Part shown: positions 50,143-61,707 of the stretch, in pieces
How positions within the stretch are numbered: position 1 is the first letter of the stretch
How the letters are laid out: every line of letters begins with the position of its first letter
Assembly: GCA_963800515.1 (NCBI GenBank)
Contig: CAWDBC010000013.1
Location: 19,990 to 83,989 of the forward strand
DNA: 64,000 nt
DNA from: an uncultured Thermoleophilia bacterium
GTDB lineage: Bacteria; Actinomycetota; Thermoleophilia; Gaiellales; F1-60-MAGs149
Reading direction: 5' to 3'
Notes under the pieces: model-generated
Seen by the model: only the letters and a program-made list of their open reading frames with translations
Told to the model about the DNA's origin: nothing
The model's database searches: none
Translations under genes and position numbers: made by a program

Positions 50143-50673
50143 GTGGAGGGGTCGCGCTACCCCGATCAGCTCGATCCGCGGGCCAACCGGGACCGGGAGG
50201 GCACCGCGTGGCGCGCCTGGGCCCGCCGTTTCCTGCTCGCCGCCTTCGCGCTCGTCTCGGTCCTCGGGCTCCTCGACGTCTTCGGCCAGCAGCCGAGCAC
50301 CGCCAGGGCGGGCGGACCGTCCGCCAACGTGGCGCTCCAGATGCCCGGCGCCGTCCGCGGGGGCCTGATCTTCCAGATGCGGGTCACCATCGAGGCGACG
50401 AAGCAGATCGACTCCCTCCGGCTGGTGATGGACCCGTCGCTGTACGACGGGATGACGTTCAACACGATGTTCCCGAGCGCCGTGGCGGAGACCGACCGGG
50501 AGGGCCGTCCCGTCTACCAGTACGGGACCCTGCCGAAGGGCTCGCGCTTCGTGGTCTGGTTCCAGCTCCAGGTGAACCCCACGAACATCGGACGCCGTGG
50601 CGCCACCGTCGAAGTCGACGACGGAACCACGCCCCTCGTCACCGTGCACCGCACCCTCACCGTCTTCCCCTAG
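50143..50673 (+). CDS. Hypothetical membrane-anchored protein (one TM plus beta-rich domain), partner of DUF421
   Basis: RRFLLAAFALVSVLGLLDVFGQ TM; beta-rich domain ending TLTVFP*; RBS-coupled to the next gene. Confidence 0.75.
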   Translation: MEGSRYPDQLDPRANRDREGTAWRAWARRFLLAAFALVSVLGLLDVFGQQPSTARAGGPSANVALQMPGAVRGGLIFQMRVTIEATKQIDSLRLVMDPSLYDGMTFNTMFPSAVAETDREGRPVYQYGTLPKGSRFVVWFQLQVNPTNIGRRGATVEVDDGTTPLVTVHRTLTVFP

Positions 50674-50682
50674 GAGCCGCAG

Positions 50683-51129
50683 ATGGACGTCGTCCTGCGC
50701 ACGATCTTCGCCTTCGGCTTCCTGCTCCTCGTGACGCGGGTGGTCGGCAAGCGCGAGCTCGCCGACCTCCAGGCCTTCGACCTGATCCTCCTCGTCGTAC
50801 TGGGCGATCTCGTCCAGCAGGGCGTCACGCAGGCCGACAACTCGCTGACCGGAGTCGTCCTCGTCTTCACGACGCTCGCGATCCTGATCGCCGCCACGTC
50901 CTACCTCAACTTCCGGTTCTCCGCCGTCCGCTCGGTGCTCGACGGCAACCCGGTCGTCCTGGTCGAGGACGGCGCCCCGATCCTGCGGAACCTGACGCGC
51001 GAGCGGATCACGGTCGGGGAGCTCGCCGCCGAGGCGCGGCTGCAGCAGATCTCGACCCTGGACGAGGTGCGCTTCGCCGTGCTCGAAACGAACGGCAAGA
51101 TCTCCTTCATCCCGCGCTCTGGCAGCTGA
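50683..51129 (+). CDS. DUF421/YetF-family membrane protein
   Basis: GKRELADLQAFDLILLVVLGD, GNPVVLVEDG, AVLETNGKISFI. Confidence 0.9.
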   Translation: MDVVLRTIFAFGFLLLVTRVVGKRELADLQAFDLILLVVLGDLVQQGVTQADNSLTGVVLVFTTLAILIAATSYLNFRFSAVRSVLDGNPVVLVEDGAPILRNLTRERITVGELAAEARLQQISTLDEVRFAVLETNGKISFIPRSGS

Positions 51130-51546
51130 TCGCCGGCCAGCGCCCGCCCGTCAGGCACGGCTCGCCGGGAGTCCCGCCGGCCCGCCACCCCGGCGGCGGG
51201 TCGTCTCACGATGAGGCTCGAAACGGCGTGAAATCGCACTGACATTCCAGGGATTGCTACGGTGGGGCGATTGTCGGAAGCGTGGACCGTGCGTCGCGCG
51301 CGTCGCGCCGCCCGGCCACCGACCGGTCACCGGCGAGTCCCCCGGCTCGGGAGGTGTGGTGGGAGATCTCTTCATCGGCGATGCGCGGGTCGAGGGCCCG
51401 GCGGGCGCCCCCCGCTCCGCGCCGAGCCCGCCCTCCGGCCGGGCGACGCCGGCGACCCTGCGGCCGTCCCCGGCGATGCTCGAGCGCGTCGTCCGCCCGC
51501 GTCGTCGAGAATTCCGGCCAGGGAAGCGAGTGGAGGAGATCGAGGC

Positions 51547-52641
51547 ATGACGGAGACCGCCGCCGGGGATGCGCCGGCACCACGAAGGACGCTCGCCGAG
51601 CTGCGGGCCAGCGACTGGGCCGGGGTCGAGCCGCTGATCTCCGTCCGCGACCTCTGGAAGGTGTTCGGCCCCCGGGCGGGCTCGATCCCGGGCTCGGACC
51701 ACGCGACCCTCGATCGCGCCGGCCTGCTCGAGGCCACCGGGTGCGTGGCCGCCGTGCACGACGTGTCGTTCGACGTGCGACCCGGTGAGGTCTTCGTCGT
51801 GATGGGCCTCTCGGGCTCGGGGAAGTCGACGCTGATCCGCTGCCTGACCCGCCTGATCGATCCCACCGCCGGCCAGATCGAGGTCTGCGGGGTGTCCGTC
51901 ACGGACTCCTCCGAAAAGGAGCTGCGCGAGCTCCGCCGGCACCGCGTGTCCATGGTCTTCCAGCACTTCGGCCTCCTCGCCCACCGCCGGGTCATCGACA
52001 ACGCCGCCTTCGGCCTGGAGATCCAGGGGATGAAGAAGGAGGAGCGCCGGGAGCGCGCGGCGAAGACGCTCTCGCTGGTCGGCCTCGACGGGTTCCACGA
52101 GTACTACCCCGACCAGCTCTCCGGTGGCATGCAGCAGCGCGTCGGGCTCGCCCGCGCGTTCACCGTCGAGCCCGACGTCCTGCTCTTCGACGAGCCGTTC
52201 TCCGCGCTCGACCCGTTGATCCGGCGGGACATGCAGACCGAGGTGATCCGGCTCCAGGAGGACACCGGCAAGACGATGGTCTTCATCACGCACGACCTCC
52301 ACGAGGCCCTGCGGCTCGGCGACAAGATCGCGATCATGCGCGACGGCCGGGTCGTGCAGACGGGGACCGGAGAGGAGCTCGTCTCCAACCCCGCCGACGA
52401 GTACGTCGCGAACTTCATCGCCGACGTGCCGAAGAGCACCGTCCTGACCGTCCGCTGGATCATGCGCGACCCCGTCGAGGGCGAGGACCTGACGGGGCCC
52501 GAGGTCCGGCCCGACGTCGTCGTCCGCGACATCGTGCCCATGGTCACGGAGTCGGAGAAGCCCGTGCGGGTGGTCGAGGAGGGCCGCACGATCGGCGTCA
52601 CCGACCGCGTCGGCGTCCTGACGGCGATCGGAGGCAACTGA
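51547..52641 (+). CDS. proV: Glycine betaine/proline ABC transporter ATP-binding protein
   Basis: GGAGGAG RBS; [47 protein letters not shown]. Confidence 0.92.
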   Translation: MTETAAGDAPAPRRTLAELRASDWAGVEPLISVRDLWKVFGPRAGSIPGSDHATLDRAGLLEATGCVAAVHDVSFDVRPGEVFVVMGLSGSGKSTLIRCLTRLIDPTAGQIEVCGVSVTDSSEKELRELRRHRVSMVFQHFGLLAHRRVIDNAAFGLEIQGMKKEERRERAAKTLSLVGLDGFHEYYPDQLSGGMQQRVGLARAFTVEPDVLLFDEPFSALDPLIRRDMQTEVIRLQEDTGKTMVFITHDLHEALRLGDKIAIMRDGRVVQTGTGEELVSNPADEYVANFIADVPKSTVLTVRWIMRDPVEGEDLTGPEVRPDVVVRDIVPMVTESEKPVRVVEEGRTIGVTDRVGVLTAIGGN

Positions 52642-52644
52642 CCG

Positions 52645-54612
52645 ATGGCGGCCATCGCGGATCGGACGACGCCCGCCGTCGAGGTGCGCCGGCGAACGAT
52701 CGGACGCGGGCCGCTGATCGCCCTCGTGATTCTCGGCTACCTCGTCGTCGGCCGGATCCTCGAGGGCAAGGCTCGCCCGCTGTGGCCGAAGGGCCTGACC
52801 TTCGACCTCGTGTCCCGGGGCGACCGGTTCAACAACTGGGTGACGGCGAACCAGGACACGAACGCCGTCTTCCTCTACTTCTTCAACTACATCAAGCTCT
52901 ACCTCAAGGACCTCGCGGGCTGGGTCAACGACGGGTTCGCCGCGCTCCGCTGGCCCGGGGTGATCGCCGTCCTCGTGCTCCTCGCGCTGCGCTTCGCGAG
53001 CCGGTCGGCCGCGGCGATCGTGGCGGTGACGTGCGCCTCGTTCTGGCTCCTCGGGCTCTTCCCGTTCGCCGTCGAGACGCTGACCCTGATGCTCCTCTCG
53101 GTGTTCTTCGCCCTGCTCCTGGGCCTGCCGCTCGGGCTCCTCGCTGGGCGCTCGCCGTGGTTCCTCCGCGCCATCTCGCCGCTCCTCGACGCGATGCAGA
53201 TCATTCCCGCCCTGGCCTACCTCGTCCCGCTGGCGATCCTCTTCGGCATCGGCGACCAGACAGGGATCGTCGCCACCGTCATCTTCGCGATGCCCGCCTG
53301 CATCCGGATCACGGCGCTCGGCGTTCGCGGCGTGACGCCGAACACGATCGAGGCGGCCCGGTCGACCGGCGCCTCCTCGGGGCAGGTCATGCGCAAGGTG
53401 CAGGTGCCGCTCGCCCTGCCGCAGATCCTCCTCGCCATCAACCAGACCGTCAACCTCGCCCTCGGCATGGTCGTGGTCGCCGTCCTCGTCGGGGCCGGCG
53501 GCCTCGGCGACAACGTCCAGGAGGGGCTCCAGAACCAATCGCTCGGCGAATCGCTGCGCGCGGGCCTCGTGATCGTCCTGATCGCGATCGCCCTCGACCG
53601 GTCACTGCAGGCCCTCGGCCAGCGTTATACGCCGGGCCCGCACAAGGTGCCGTCCGGCATCGGCTCGGGCCTCCTGCCGACCGGCGTCTGCGTCGCCGTG
53701 GTCGCCGTCGTCGCGCTCGTCGCCCGAAATCGCGGCTACGGGCTGACGCCGTCCCACGACATCGCGGCCCGCTGGGACGCCCGCTGGCAGATCATCCTCA
53801 ACTACCTCGTCAGCCCGAGCCACTTCGTCTACCCGATCACCTCGAACATCTCCGACTTCCTGACGAAGCGGATCGCCGTCCCGCTCCAGTCGCTGATGCA
53901 GCTGACCCCGTGGTGGCTGACGATCGCCGTCTTCGTGGCGCTGGCCTACCTGATCGGCCGCAAGCTCTCGTCGATCGTCGTGCCGCTCGTCGCGTTCGTC
54001 GTGATCGGCGTCTGCGGCGTCTGGGTGGACGCGATGGACACGCTCTCGCAGGTGATCACCGCGACGGCGCTGACCGTCCTGATCGGGACGATCCTCGGGA
54101 TCCTCGCCGCCGAGTACGGCTGGCTGCGCCGCGGCTTGAGCCCGCTGCTCGACACGATGCAGACGCTGCCGGGCCTCGTCTACCTCGTGCCCGTCGTCGC
54201 CCTCTTCGGAGTGGGGCTGATCTCGGGCCTGATCGCCGCCGTCGTCTACGCGCTGCCCGTCGTCGTCCGGCTCGTCACGCAGGGCATCCGCTCGGTGCCG
54301 GCTCCGCCGGTCGAGGCCGCCCGGTCGTTCGGGGCGACGAAGCGCGAGATCCTCTTCAAGGTGCAGCTGCCCCTCGCCCGGGACTCGATCATGCTCGCCG
54401 TCAACCAGGGCCTGATCCTCGTCCTCGCGATCATCACGCTGGCCGCTCTCGTGGGCGGCGGCGGGGCCCTCGGCAACAACGTGCTCGTCGGCCTCTCCCG
54501 CGGCGAGTTCGGCGTCGGGCTCGCGGCGTCGGTGGCGATCCTCGCCATGGGCATCGGGCTCGACCGGATCACGCAGAGTGCCGCCCGCCGCGAGAGGGCG
54601 ACGGGTCGGTGA
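52645..54612 (+). CDS. proW: Betaine ABC permease with two fused permease domains
   Basis: Two copies of PLLD(A/T)MQ..P...YLVP, EAAR(S)xGA and (I/V)NQ motifs in one 655-aa ORF. Confidence 0.9.
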   Translation: MAAIADRTTPAVEVRRRTIGRGPLIALVILGYLVVGRILEGKARPLWPKGLTFDLVSRGDRFNNWVTANQDTNAVFLYFFNYIKLYLKDLAGWVNDGFAALRWPGVIAVLVLLALRFASRSAAAIVAVTCASFWLLGLFPFAVETLTLMLLSVFFALLLGLPLGLLAGRSPWFLRAISPLLDAMQIIPALAYLVPLAILFGIGDQTGIVATVIFAMPACIRITALGVRGVTPNTIEAARSTGASSGQVMRKVQVPLALPQILLAINQTVNLALGMVVVAVLVGAGGLGDNVQEGLQNQSLGESLRAGLVIVLIAIALDRSLQALGQRYTPGPHKVPSGIGSGLLPTGVCVAVVAVVALVARNRGYGLTPSHDIAARWDARWQIILNYLVSPSHFVYPITSNISDFLTKRIAVPLQSLMQLTPWWLTIAVFVALAYLIGRKLSSIVVPLVAFVVIGVCGVWVDAMDTLSQVITATALTVLIGTILGILAAEYGWLRRGLSPLLDTMQTLPGLVYLVPVVALFGVGLISGLIAAVVYALPVVVRLVTQGIRSVPAPPVEAARSFGATKREILFKVQLPLARDSIMLAVNQGLILVLAIITLAALVGGGGALGNNVLVGLSRGEFGVGLAASVAILAMGIGLDRITQSAARRERATGR

Positions 54613-54658
54613 CGTCAACGGCGGGCGGAGGAGCCCGGAAAACAGAGGAGGAAGTCGC

Positions 54659-55750
54659 ATGAGGAGTTCCAGGACCACGATTCGGGCGGGCGCGTCGCTC
54701 GTGGGCGTGACCGCGCTCGCGATCGCCGCGGCCGCCTGCGGAGGCGCGAAGTCCGGCTCGAGCTCGGCGTCGAGCGCGGCCGCCTCGGGGTCGAGCGAGG
54801 CCTCGAGCGCCGTCAGCGAGGCCACGAGCGCGGCGTCGAGCGCGGCGAGCTCCGCCTCGGGTGCGGCGTCCGGCGGCACGCTCCAGAAGAGCGACGGCTC
54901 GACGACGATCAAGATCAACACGCAGTCGTGGGTCGGCTCGCAGGCCAACACGGCGGTCATCAGCTACGTGCTCCAGAACATGCTCGGCTACAAGGTCCAG
55001 GAGACGAAGGTCGCCGAGATCCCCGCCTGGAACGCGCTCTCGCAGGGTGAGACGGACCTCCTGCCCGAGGACTGGGGGCACACGCCGCAGTTCAACCAGT
55101 TCGTCAAGGGCTCGAAGACGGTGACCGACGCCGGCAAGGAGGGCATCGACGGGATCATCGGCTGGTACACGCCGAAGTACGTCGTCGACGCCCATCCGGA
55201 GATGGCGACCTGGGAGGGCCTGAAGAAGGATGCGGGCCTCTTCAAGACCGCGCAGACGGGCAGCAAGGGCATGCTCCTCGACGGGGCGGCCGACTTCGTG
55301 ACGAACGACGAGGGCCTCGTCAAGAGCCTGAAGCTCGACATGAAGGTCGTCTACGCCGGCTCCGAGGCCGCCGAGATCACGCAGGTCCAGCAGGCCTACG
55401 CCCAGAAGAAGCCGATCATCTTCTACTGGTACGACCCGCAGTGGCTGAACTCGAAGCTCGACCTCGTCCACGTCAAGCTGCCGCCGCCGCAGCCGGAGTG
55501 CAACTCCGATCCGAAGACGGCGAGCTGCGACTACCCTCCGTACCCGCTTGAGAAGTACGTGTCGACGAAGGCCGTCAACGATCCCAAGAAGGCCTCCGCC
55601 GTCCAGTTCCTCAAGAACTGGACCTGGACGAGCGCCGACCAGGACGCCGTCGCGCTGATGATCGCCGACAAGCACATGAAGCCCGCCGACGCCGGCAAGG
55701 CGTGGGTGACCGCGAACATGGACAAGGTCAACGCCTGGCTCAAGGCCTGA
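54659..55750 (+). CDS. proX: Betaine ABC substrate-binding lipoprotein
   Basis: GAGGAGG RBS; AAAC lipobox; Ser-rich linker; SWVGS, EDWG, IGWYTPKY, FYWYDPQW, CDYP. Confidence 0.9.
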   Translation: MRSSRTTIRAGASLVGVTALAIAAAACGGAKSGSSSASSAAASGSSEASSAVSEATSAASSAASSASGAASGGTLQKSDGSTTIKINTQSWVGSQANTAVISYVLQNMLGYKVQETKVAEIPAWNALSQGETDLLPEDWGHTPQFNQFVKGSKTVTDAGKEGIDGIIGWYTPKYVVDAHPEMATWEGLKKDAGLFKTAQTGSKGMLLDGAADFVTNDEGLVKSLKLDMKVVYAGSEAAEITQVQQAYAQKKPIIFYWYDPQWLNSKLDLVHVKLPPPQPECNSDPKTASCDYPPYPLEKYVSTKAVNDPKKASAVQFLKNWTWTSADQDAVALMIADKHMKPADAGKAWVTANMDKVNAWLKA

Positions 55751-55761
55751 ACGCGCCTCTA

Positions 55762-55813
55762 CGGCCCACCGGCTGGGCGGTCCGCTCCGTGCGGCCGTCC
55801 GGCCGGTGGGCCG
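55762..55813 (+). terminator. Long hairpin after the betaine SBP gene
   Basis: CGGCCCACCGGC...GCCGGTGGGCCG with further inner pairing. Confidence 0.55.
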
Positions 55814-55826
55814 GCGCTCCTCCCGC

Positions 55827-55869
55827 TTGCCCCGTCGGGCGGTGAGCCGCAGAATGCGTGAAATGTCAG
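55827..55869 (+). promoter_or_regulatory. Promoter and candidate operator of the dimethylglycine oxidase gene
   Basis: TTGCCC-N17-CAGAAT followed directly by GCGTGAAATGTCAG; related motif at 51226-51249. Confidence 0.5.
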
Positions 55870-55906
55870 GCGCGGCGGCTCCCGTCCGCCGGGAGAGGTT
55901 CGTCCA

Positions 55907-58371
55907 GTGGCCCAGAGAGTTGTGATCATCGGCGCCGGCATCGTCGGCTGCGCGATCGCCGACGAGCTGACCGAACGCGGCGTGACGGGCGTGACCGTCC
56001 TCGACCAGGGCCCGCTCCCCCTGACCGGCGGCTCCACCTCGCACGCGCCCGGGCTGGTCTTCCAGACGAACCCGTCGAAGATGCACACCGACCTCGCCCG
56101 CTACACGGTCGAGCGGCTGTGCGCGATGCCGTACGGCGACGACGGCGAGGCCTGCTTCTGGCAGACGGGCGGCCTCGAGATCGCGATCACGGACGCGCGC
56201 TGGGCGGAGCTCCATCGCCGGCACGGCCTCGCCGCGTCCTGGGGCGTCGACGGCTCGATCCTGTCGCCCGAGGAGTGCCGCGCGCTCTGGCCGCAGATCG
56301 GCGACGAGGTCGACCTCAAGGGGGGCTACCTCGTCCCGACCGACGGCGTCGCCCGTGCCGTCTGGGCCTGCGAGGAGATGACGCGGCGCGCCGAGGCCCG
56401 CGGGGCGACCTTCCGGGGGTCGACGGAGGTCACCGGCTTCGTCCGGGACGGCGGCGGTCGGGTCGTCGGGGTGGAGACGCCCGCCGGCCGCCTGGAGGCG
56501 GACCTCGTCGTGGTCGCCGCCGGGATGTGGGCGCCGAAGCTCGGCCGCCTGCTCGGCGTCTCGATCCCGCTCGTCCCCCTGCAGCACCTGTTCGCCTGGA
56601 CGACCCCGCTCCCGTCGCTCGAGCGCTCGGCGGCGGAGACCGGCCGGGAGGCGACCCGCCCGATCCTCCGCCACCAGGATCGCGACCTCTACTACCGCGA
56701 GTTCGGCGATCGGCTCGGGATCGGCAGCTACGCCCACCAGCCGCTGCCGGTCGAGCCGGAGGCCATCCTGTCGCCGGACCAGGCGGTGGACCAGCCGTCC
56801 AAGATGGCGTTCACGCCGCCCGACTTCGCGTCCACCTGGGCGGAGACGCAGGCCCTCTTCCCGGAGGTCCGGCAGGCGGCGATCGACGAGGGGTTCAACG
56901 GGCTCTTCTCCTTCACGCCGGACAGCGCGCCCCTGATCGGCGAGCTGCCCGGTGCCGAGGGCGTGCTCTTCTCGGTCGCGGTCTGGGTCACCCACTCGCT
57001 GCGGGGTCGGCCGGTCGGTCGCGCAGCTGATCGTGGACGGCCGCTCGCAGATCGACCTGCACGAGGCCGACATCAACCGCTTCGAGCCGTTCGCCTCGAC
57101 GCCCGCCTACAACCTGCGCCGCGGCGCCCAGAACTTCATCGAGGTCTACGACATCCTGCATCCGCTGCAGCCGATGGAGGAGCCGCGCCCGCTCCGGGTC
57201 GAGCCCGTTCTGGGCCCGGGAGAGGGAGCTCGGCGCCTACTTCCTGGAGGCCACCGGCTACGAGCGGCCCCACTGGTACGAGACGAACGCCCACCTGGTG
57301 GACGAGCACCCGCCGCCACCGCCGCGCGACGCCTGGGCGGCCCGCTACTGGAATCCGATCGCGGCCGCCGAGCACCTGCACGTCAGGGCGCACGCCGGGA
57401 TCTTCGACATGACGGCGCTGAAGCGGATCCTCGTGCGTGGCGCCGGGGCGTTCCGGTTCCTGCAGGGGCTGACGACGAACAACCTGGACCGGCCGGTCGG
57501 CTCGGTGGTCTACACCCTCCTCCTCGACGACGCGGGCGGGATCCTCTCGGACCTGACGATCTGCCGCCTCGGCGAGGAGGAGTTCCAGATCGGGGCCAAC
57601 GGCAACCTCGATCTCGCCCTGCTCTCGCGCCGCAAGCCCGACGACGGCTCCGTCTGGATCGACGACATCACGCCTGGCACCTGCTGTCTCGGCCTCTGGG
57701 GCCCCCGCGCCCGCGACGTGCTGGCGCGGCTCGCCGACCGCGACGTCTCCAACGAGGCCCTTGGCTACTTCAAGGCGCTCCGGCTCTCCGTCGCCGAGGT
57801 CCCGACGACGGCGATGCGGCTCTCCTACGTCGGCGAGCTCGGCTACGAGCTGTACACGACGGCCGACCTCGGCCAGCGGCTGTGGGACGTGATCGTGCGC
57901 GCGGGCGCCGAGGACCGGCTGATCCCGGCCGGTCGCGCCGCGTTCAACGGGATGCGCCTGGAGAAGGGCTACCGCTCGTGGGGCGCCGACATGACGCCGG
58001 AGCACGACCCGTTCGAGGCGGGGCTCGGCTTCGCCGTGCGCCTCGAGGCGCACGACTTCGTCGGCCGGGAGGCGCTCCTGGCCCTGGACCCCGAACGGCC
58101 CGAGCGCCGGCTCGTGGCCCTGCGCCTGACGGGCCACGGCGACACGGCGATGGGCAAGGAACCCGTCCTCGTCGACGGTCGCTACGCCGGCTACGTGACG
58201 AGCGCCGGCTACGGCTACTCGCTGGGCCACGGGATCGCCTACGCCTGGCTCCCGGCGGCCGCCGCGGACGCGGGCACCGAGGTCGAGATCCAGTACTTCG
58301 ATCGCCGCCTTCCGGCCGTCGTCGCCGCCGAGCCGCTCTTCGACCCGAAGATGACGCGGCTTCGCGGGTAA
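55907..58371 (+). CDS. Dimethylglycine oxidase-like GcvT-family flavoprotein (frameshifts near 57000 and 57200)
   Basis: VVIIGAGIVG, GGSTSHAPGLVFQTNPSK (covalent-FAD His motif of Arthrobacter-type DMGO), PILRHQD, FSFTPD; C-terminal folate domain with YVGELGYE and RLEKGYRSWG. Confidence 0.88.
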
Positions 58372-58511
58372 GGGCCACCGTCCGCCATCGGCGTCCCCAG
58401 GATGGCCGACGCGGCGGCGACCCCGAACCTTCACCGAACACACGGCGCCGCAAACCGCCCTAGGCTGAAAGGAGAGCGCACCTCCACGCTCGCTCTCCTC
58501 CGAAGGAACCC

Positions 58512-60604
58512 ATGATGCTCAGATCCGTCCGTCCGCGCGATGTCGCGGCCGTCCTCGCGGCTTCGCTCGGCGCGGTCGTCGTGGGGAGCGCCACGCCGGC
58601 CGAAGCGGCGACGCCGCCGATCACCTTCACGGTCAACACCACGAGCGACGCGGGCGATGCGGCTCCGGGGGACCACGTCTGCGCCACGGCGGCCGGCACC
58701 TGCTCGCTGCGGGCCGCCGTCGACGAGGGGAACCGGCACGCCGGACCCGACACCGTCGCCTTCGCGATCCCCGGCGGCGCCGGCCAGACGATCACGCTCA
58801 CCGGCGGACGGATCTTCGTCTCGGCGCCCGACCTGACCATCGACGGGTACACCGAGCCCGGCGCCTCGGCGAATCGCGACCCGATCGTCTCGAACGCGAA
58901 GCCGGGCGTCAACATCGTCGGCAGCGGGCCGGAGGGCCTCGAGTCGATCTACGTCACGACCTCCGGGACGACGATCCGGGGGCTCGCGTTCCAGCGGATG
59001 AAGAACGCCGTGCGGATCACCGGGCCGAACGCGACCGCCACGACGGTGGCCGGCAACTTCTTCGGGGTCACCGCCGACGGGGCGAGCGTCAAGCTCTCCG
59101 GCGGGAAGTACGTCCTCATCGACGGCGGCGCCCACGGCAACCAGATCGGCCTGCCCACCGCGGCGGGACGAACGTCATGGTCAACGGCAAGGACGGGATC
59201 GACCTCGACTCGGCCGGCACCGACGCGAACGTGATCATGAACAACCTGATCGGCGTCTCCCCCGACGGCGAGCACGCCTGGGGGAACTGGGACAACGGCA
59301 TCGACGTCAACTTCGGGCCCAAGGCGAACCAGATCGGCGGCCTCGGCGCGATGGAGCGCAACGTCATCAGCGGCAACATCAACGACGGCGTCGAGATCTC
59401 CCACGGCTGGAACCCGACCCTGCCGCCGCGCCAGGACGTCTCGCTGCCGTTCCAGTTGAACGGCAACCGGATCCTCGGCAACGTCATCGGCTTCCGTCCC
59501 GACGGCTCCTACGATCCCCTCTTCCGCGACGGGCTCTGCTACCCGGCCTGCGCGATCGACAACGGCCAGGGCATCAACATCATCGACGGGGCCAACGGGA
59601 CCCTCGTCCAGGGCAACTGGATCACGGCCGTCAAGGCGGGCATCCAGCTGACGTCGCTCATCTCCACGGGCAACATCATCACGGGCAACCACATCGGCAC
59701 CTCGCCCACGGGGCGCCTCGGGCCGATCGAGGGCTTCGCCGTCGTCATCCAGCAGCGGACGTCCGGCAACGTCGTCTCCGGCAACGCCATCGCCGGGGTC
59801 AAGGGCAGCGCGATCGTGATCGCCGACTCCGTGACCTACGACAACACGATCATCGGCAACAGCTTCGATCGCCTCGGCTCGCTGGCCCTCGACCTCTTCC
59901 CGACCGGAAAGGTGAACGTCAACGGGTTCAAGATCGCCGGGCACCAGCCGTCGCTCCGCTACCCCGTCTTCCGTTCGGTGACGCGAAGCCGCGTCCGTGG
60001 CAGCGCGCCGGCCGGGAGCACGGTGCAGATCTACACGAGCTTGAAGGGCCCCGGCTACTTCGGCAAGGCCCAGCGCTACCTGAAGACGGTCACCGCGACG
60101 TCGACGGGGGTCTTCGCCGCGCGGGTCAACCTCCGGCGGGGCCGGTGGGTGACGGCGCGGGCCACGGTCCCGGGGAACCTGAGCGAGTTCGGCCCGGCGG
60201 CGGTCGTCCGCGGCTCGCGTCCGACGGCGACGACGGGCCACATCCAGGCGTCCTGGGGCACCTGCCTCGGGCTCCGCGCGGGCAAGCTCCGAACGGGGCT
60301 CCGGCTCGCCATCGTCCGCTGCATCGCGCCGACGCCGCTCGCCTGGACACTGACCGCGCGCGGCGCCCTGCGCCTCGCACGGGTCGACCGCTGCGCGAAG
60401 CCCGAGGGCGGGCGGGCCCTCACCGGCGTCAAGGTCGCGCTCGCCGGTTGCGGTCGCGAAGCCGACGTCTGGAAGCTCACGAAGACCGGCCAGCTCCAGA
60501 TCGGCCGCCTCTGCCTGGCGGCGCCGCACGGGACCAACCAGTCCGTCGTCCGCCTGCAGGCGTGCACCGACGCGCCGAACGAGATCTGGCCCTTCACGGA
60601 CTGA
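58512..60604 (+). CDS. Secreted CSLREA / beta-helix protein with C-terminal ricin-B-like lectin domain (frameshift near 59165)
   Basis: GAAGGA RBS; signal peptide ending AEA; FTVNTTSD...GDHVC...CSLRAAVDEGN; Asn-rich turns; three C...C...W subrepeats at the C-terminus. Confidence 0.82.
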
Positions 60605-60817
60605 CCCACGCGCCGGCCGCCCTCGTCTGCTCCGCCCGGGGCGGAGGAGGGCGGCCGGTCGCCTCCTACCGTCGCGGTCGGTACGCCCCACGCCCTCGCG
60701 GCCAGCGGACGCCGCAGTCCGCGACGGCGCGCGCCGCCCCGACGGAGTCGCGCGCGGAAGCGCAGCCGGGCCGGCGGCTCTCGGGTGCGCCGCGCGGAGC
60801 CCGGGGGCCCCGGTGGC

Positions 60818-61707
60818 TCAGGCCGCGCAGGCGCCGGTGCGAGGATGCCGGTCTGGATGGTGCGGTAGACGCCGGTGCGGTCGGACCGCGTGAGATCGAC
60901 GACCAGGCGGCGGCCGCAGTGGACCTCGAACACGCGCGAGGCCTGCCAGGTCCGGCCGTCGGGAAGGGTGATCGAGATCGGCTTGCGGCCGCTCCAGGCG
61001 ATCGTCGTGGATCGTCAGGCCATAGGTCAGCGTGCGCCCCTCCTGGTTCGTGACGCCGACCGGGACCGTGACGCGGACGAGGTTGACCGACAGCTTCCCG
61101 TCGCGCCCGACGTTCGGGCTGTGCGCGAAGGCGAGCGCGGTGAAGGGCTGGCCGACGTCGCGCTGGGCACCGGGGAGCTCCCAGGCGATCAGCCCGAGCG
61201 GGCCGGCGACGGCGACCGCCGCCGCGATCGTCAGGAGGGGGCGAGCGACGAGCGGCCGGCGGATCGCCGCCCACGAGGGTCGCGGACGCGCGAGGCGCGG
61301 GCGGCGGTCGAGGAGGAGCGCGGAATCGAGGAGGGCGAGTGAGACGAGGGAGACGACCATCACGGACGATCGTTCCGTCATCCGGAGCCGGATGACCTCG
61401 AGGACCACGACCGACAGGGCGACCAGCGCGATGCTCGCGCAGACCCCCACGAGCAGCCGCTTGAAGAGGTTGGTCCAGCCGAGCCGAAGGCAGGCGAGGA
61501 GCCCCCAGCCGGGGGCGGGAGGACCGCGACCGTGCCGATCGCCGGCCGCAGCGGGCCGAGCGGGACGCCGATGGCCCCGGCCAGCGAGAGGAGGGTGACC
61601 ACGATCAGGGCCTCGCAGCCCTGGCGCACGTACTCCGGGTCGACGGACCGGGGGGACGCCGCCGCCGCGGCGAGCGCCCGCCTCGCGGGAAGGCCGGCGA
61701 TGCTCAT
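60818..61707 (-). CDS. DUF1616-like membrane protein (frameshifted)
   Basis: Several TM segments, then PFTALAF...VGVTNQEGRTLTYGL beta domain; ATGA-coupled to the upstream gene; 3' end uncertain. Confidence 0.6.

Noticed and set aside
58430-58500. c-di-GMP-I riboswitch (GCAAAC...GAAA)
   Set aside because: No paired stem around the GAAA and no downstream GACGCAAAG-type element; better read as promoter plus simple hairpin.
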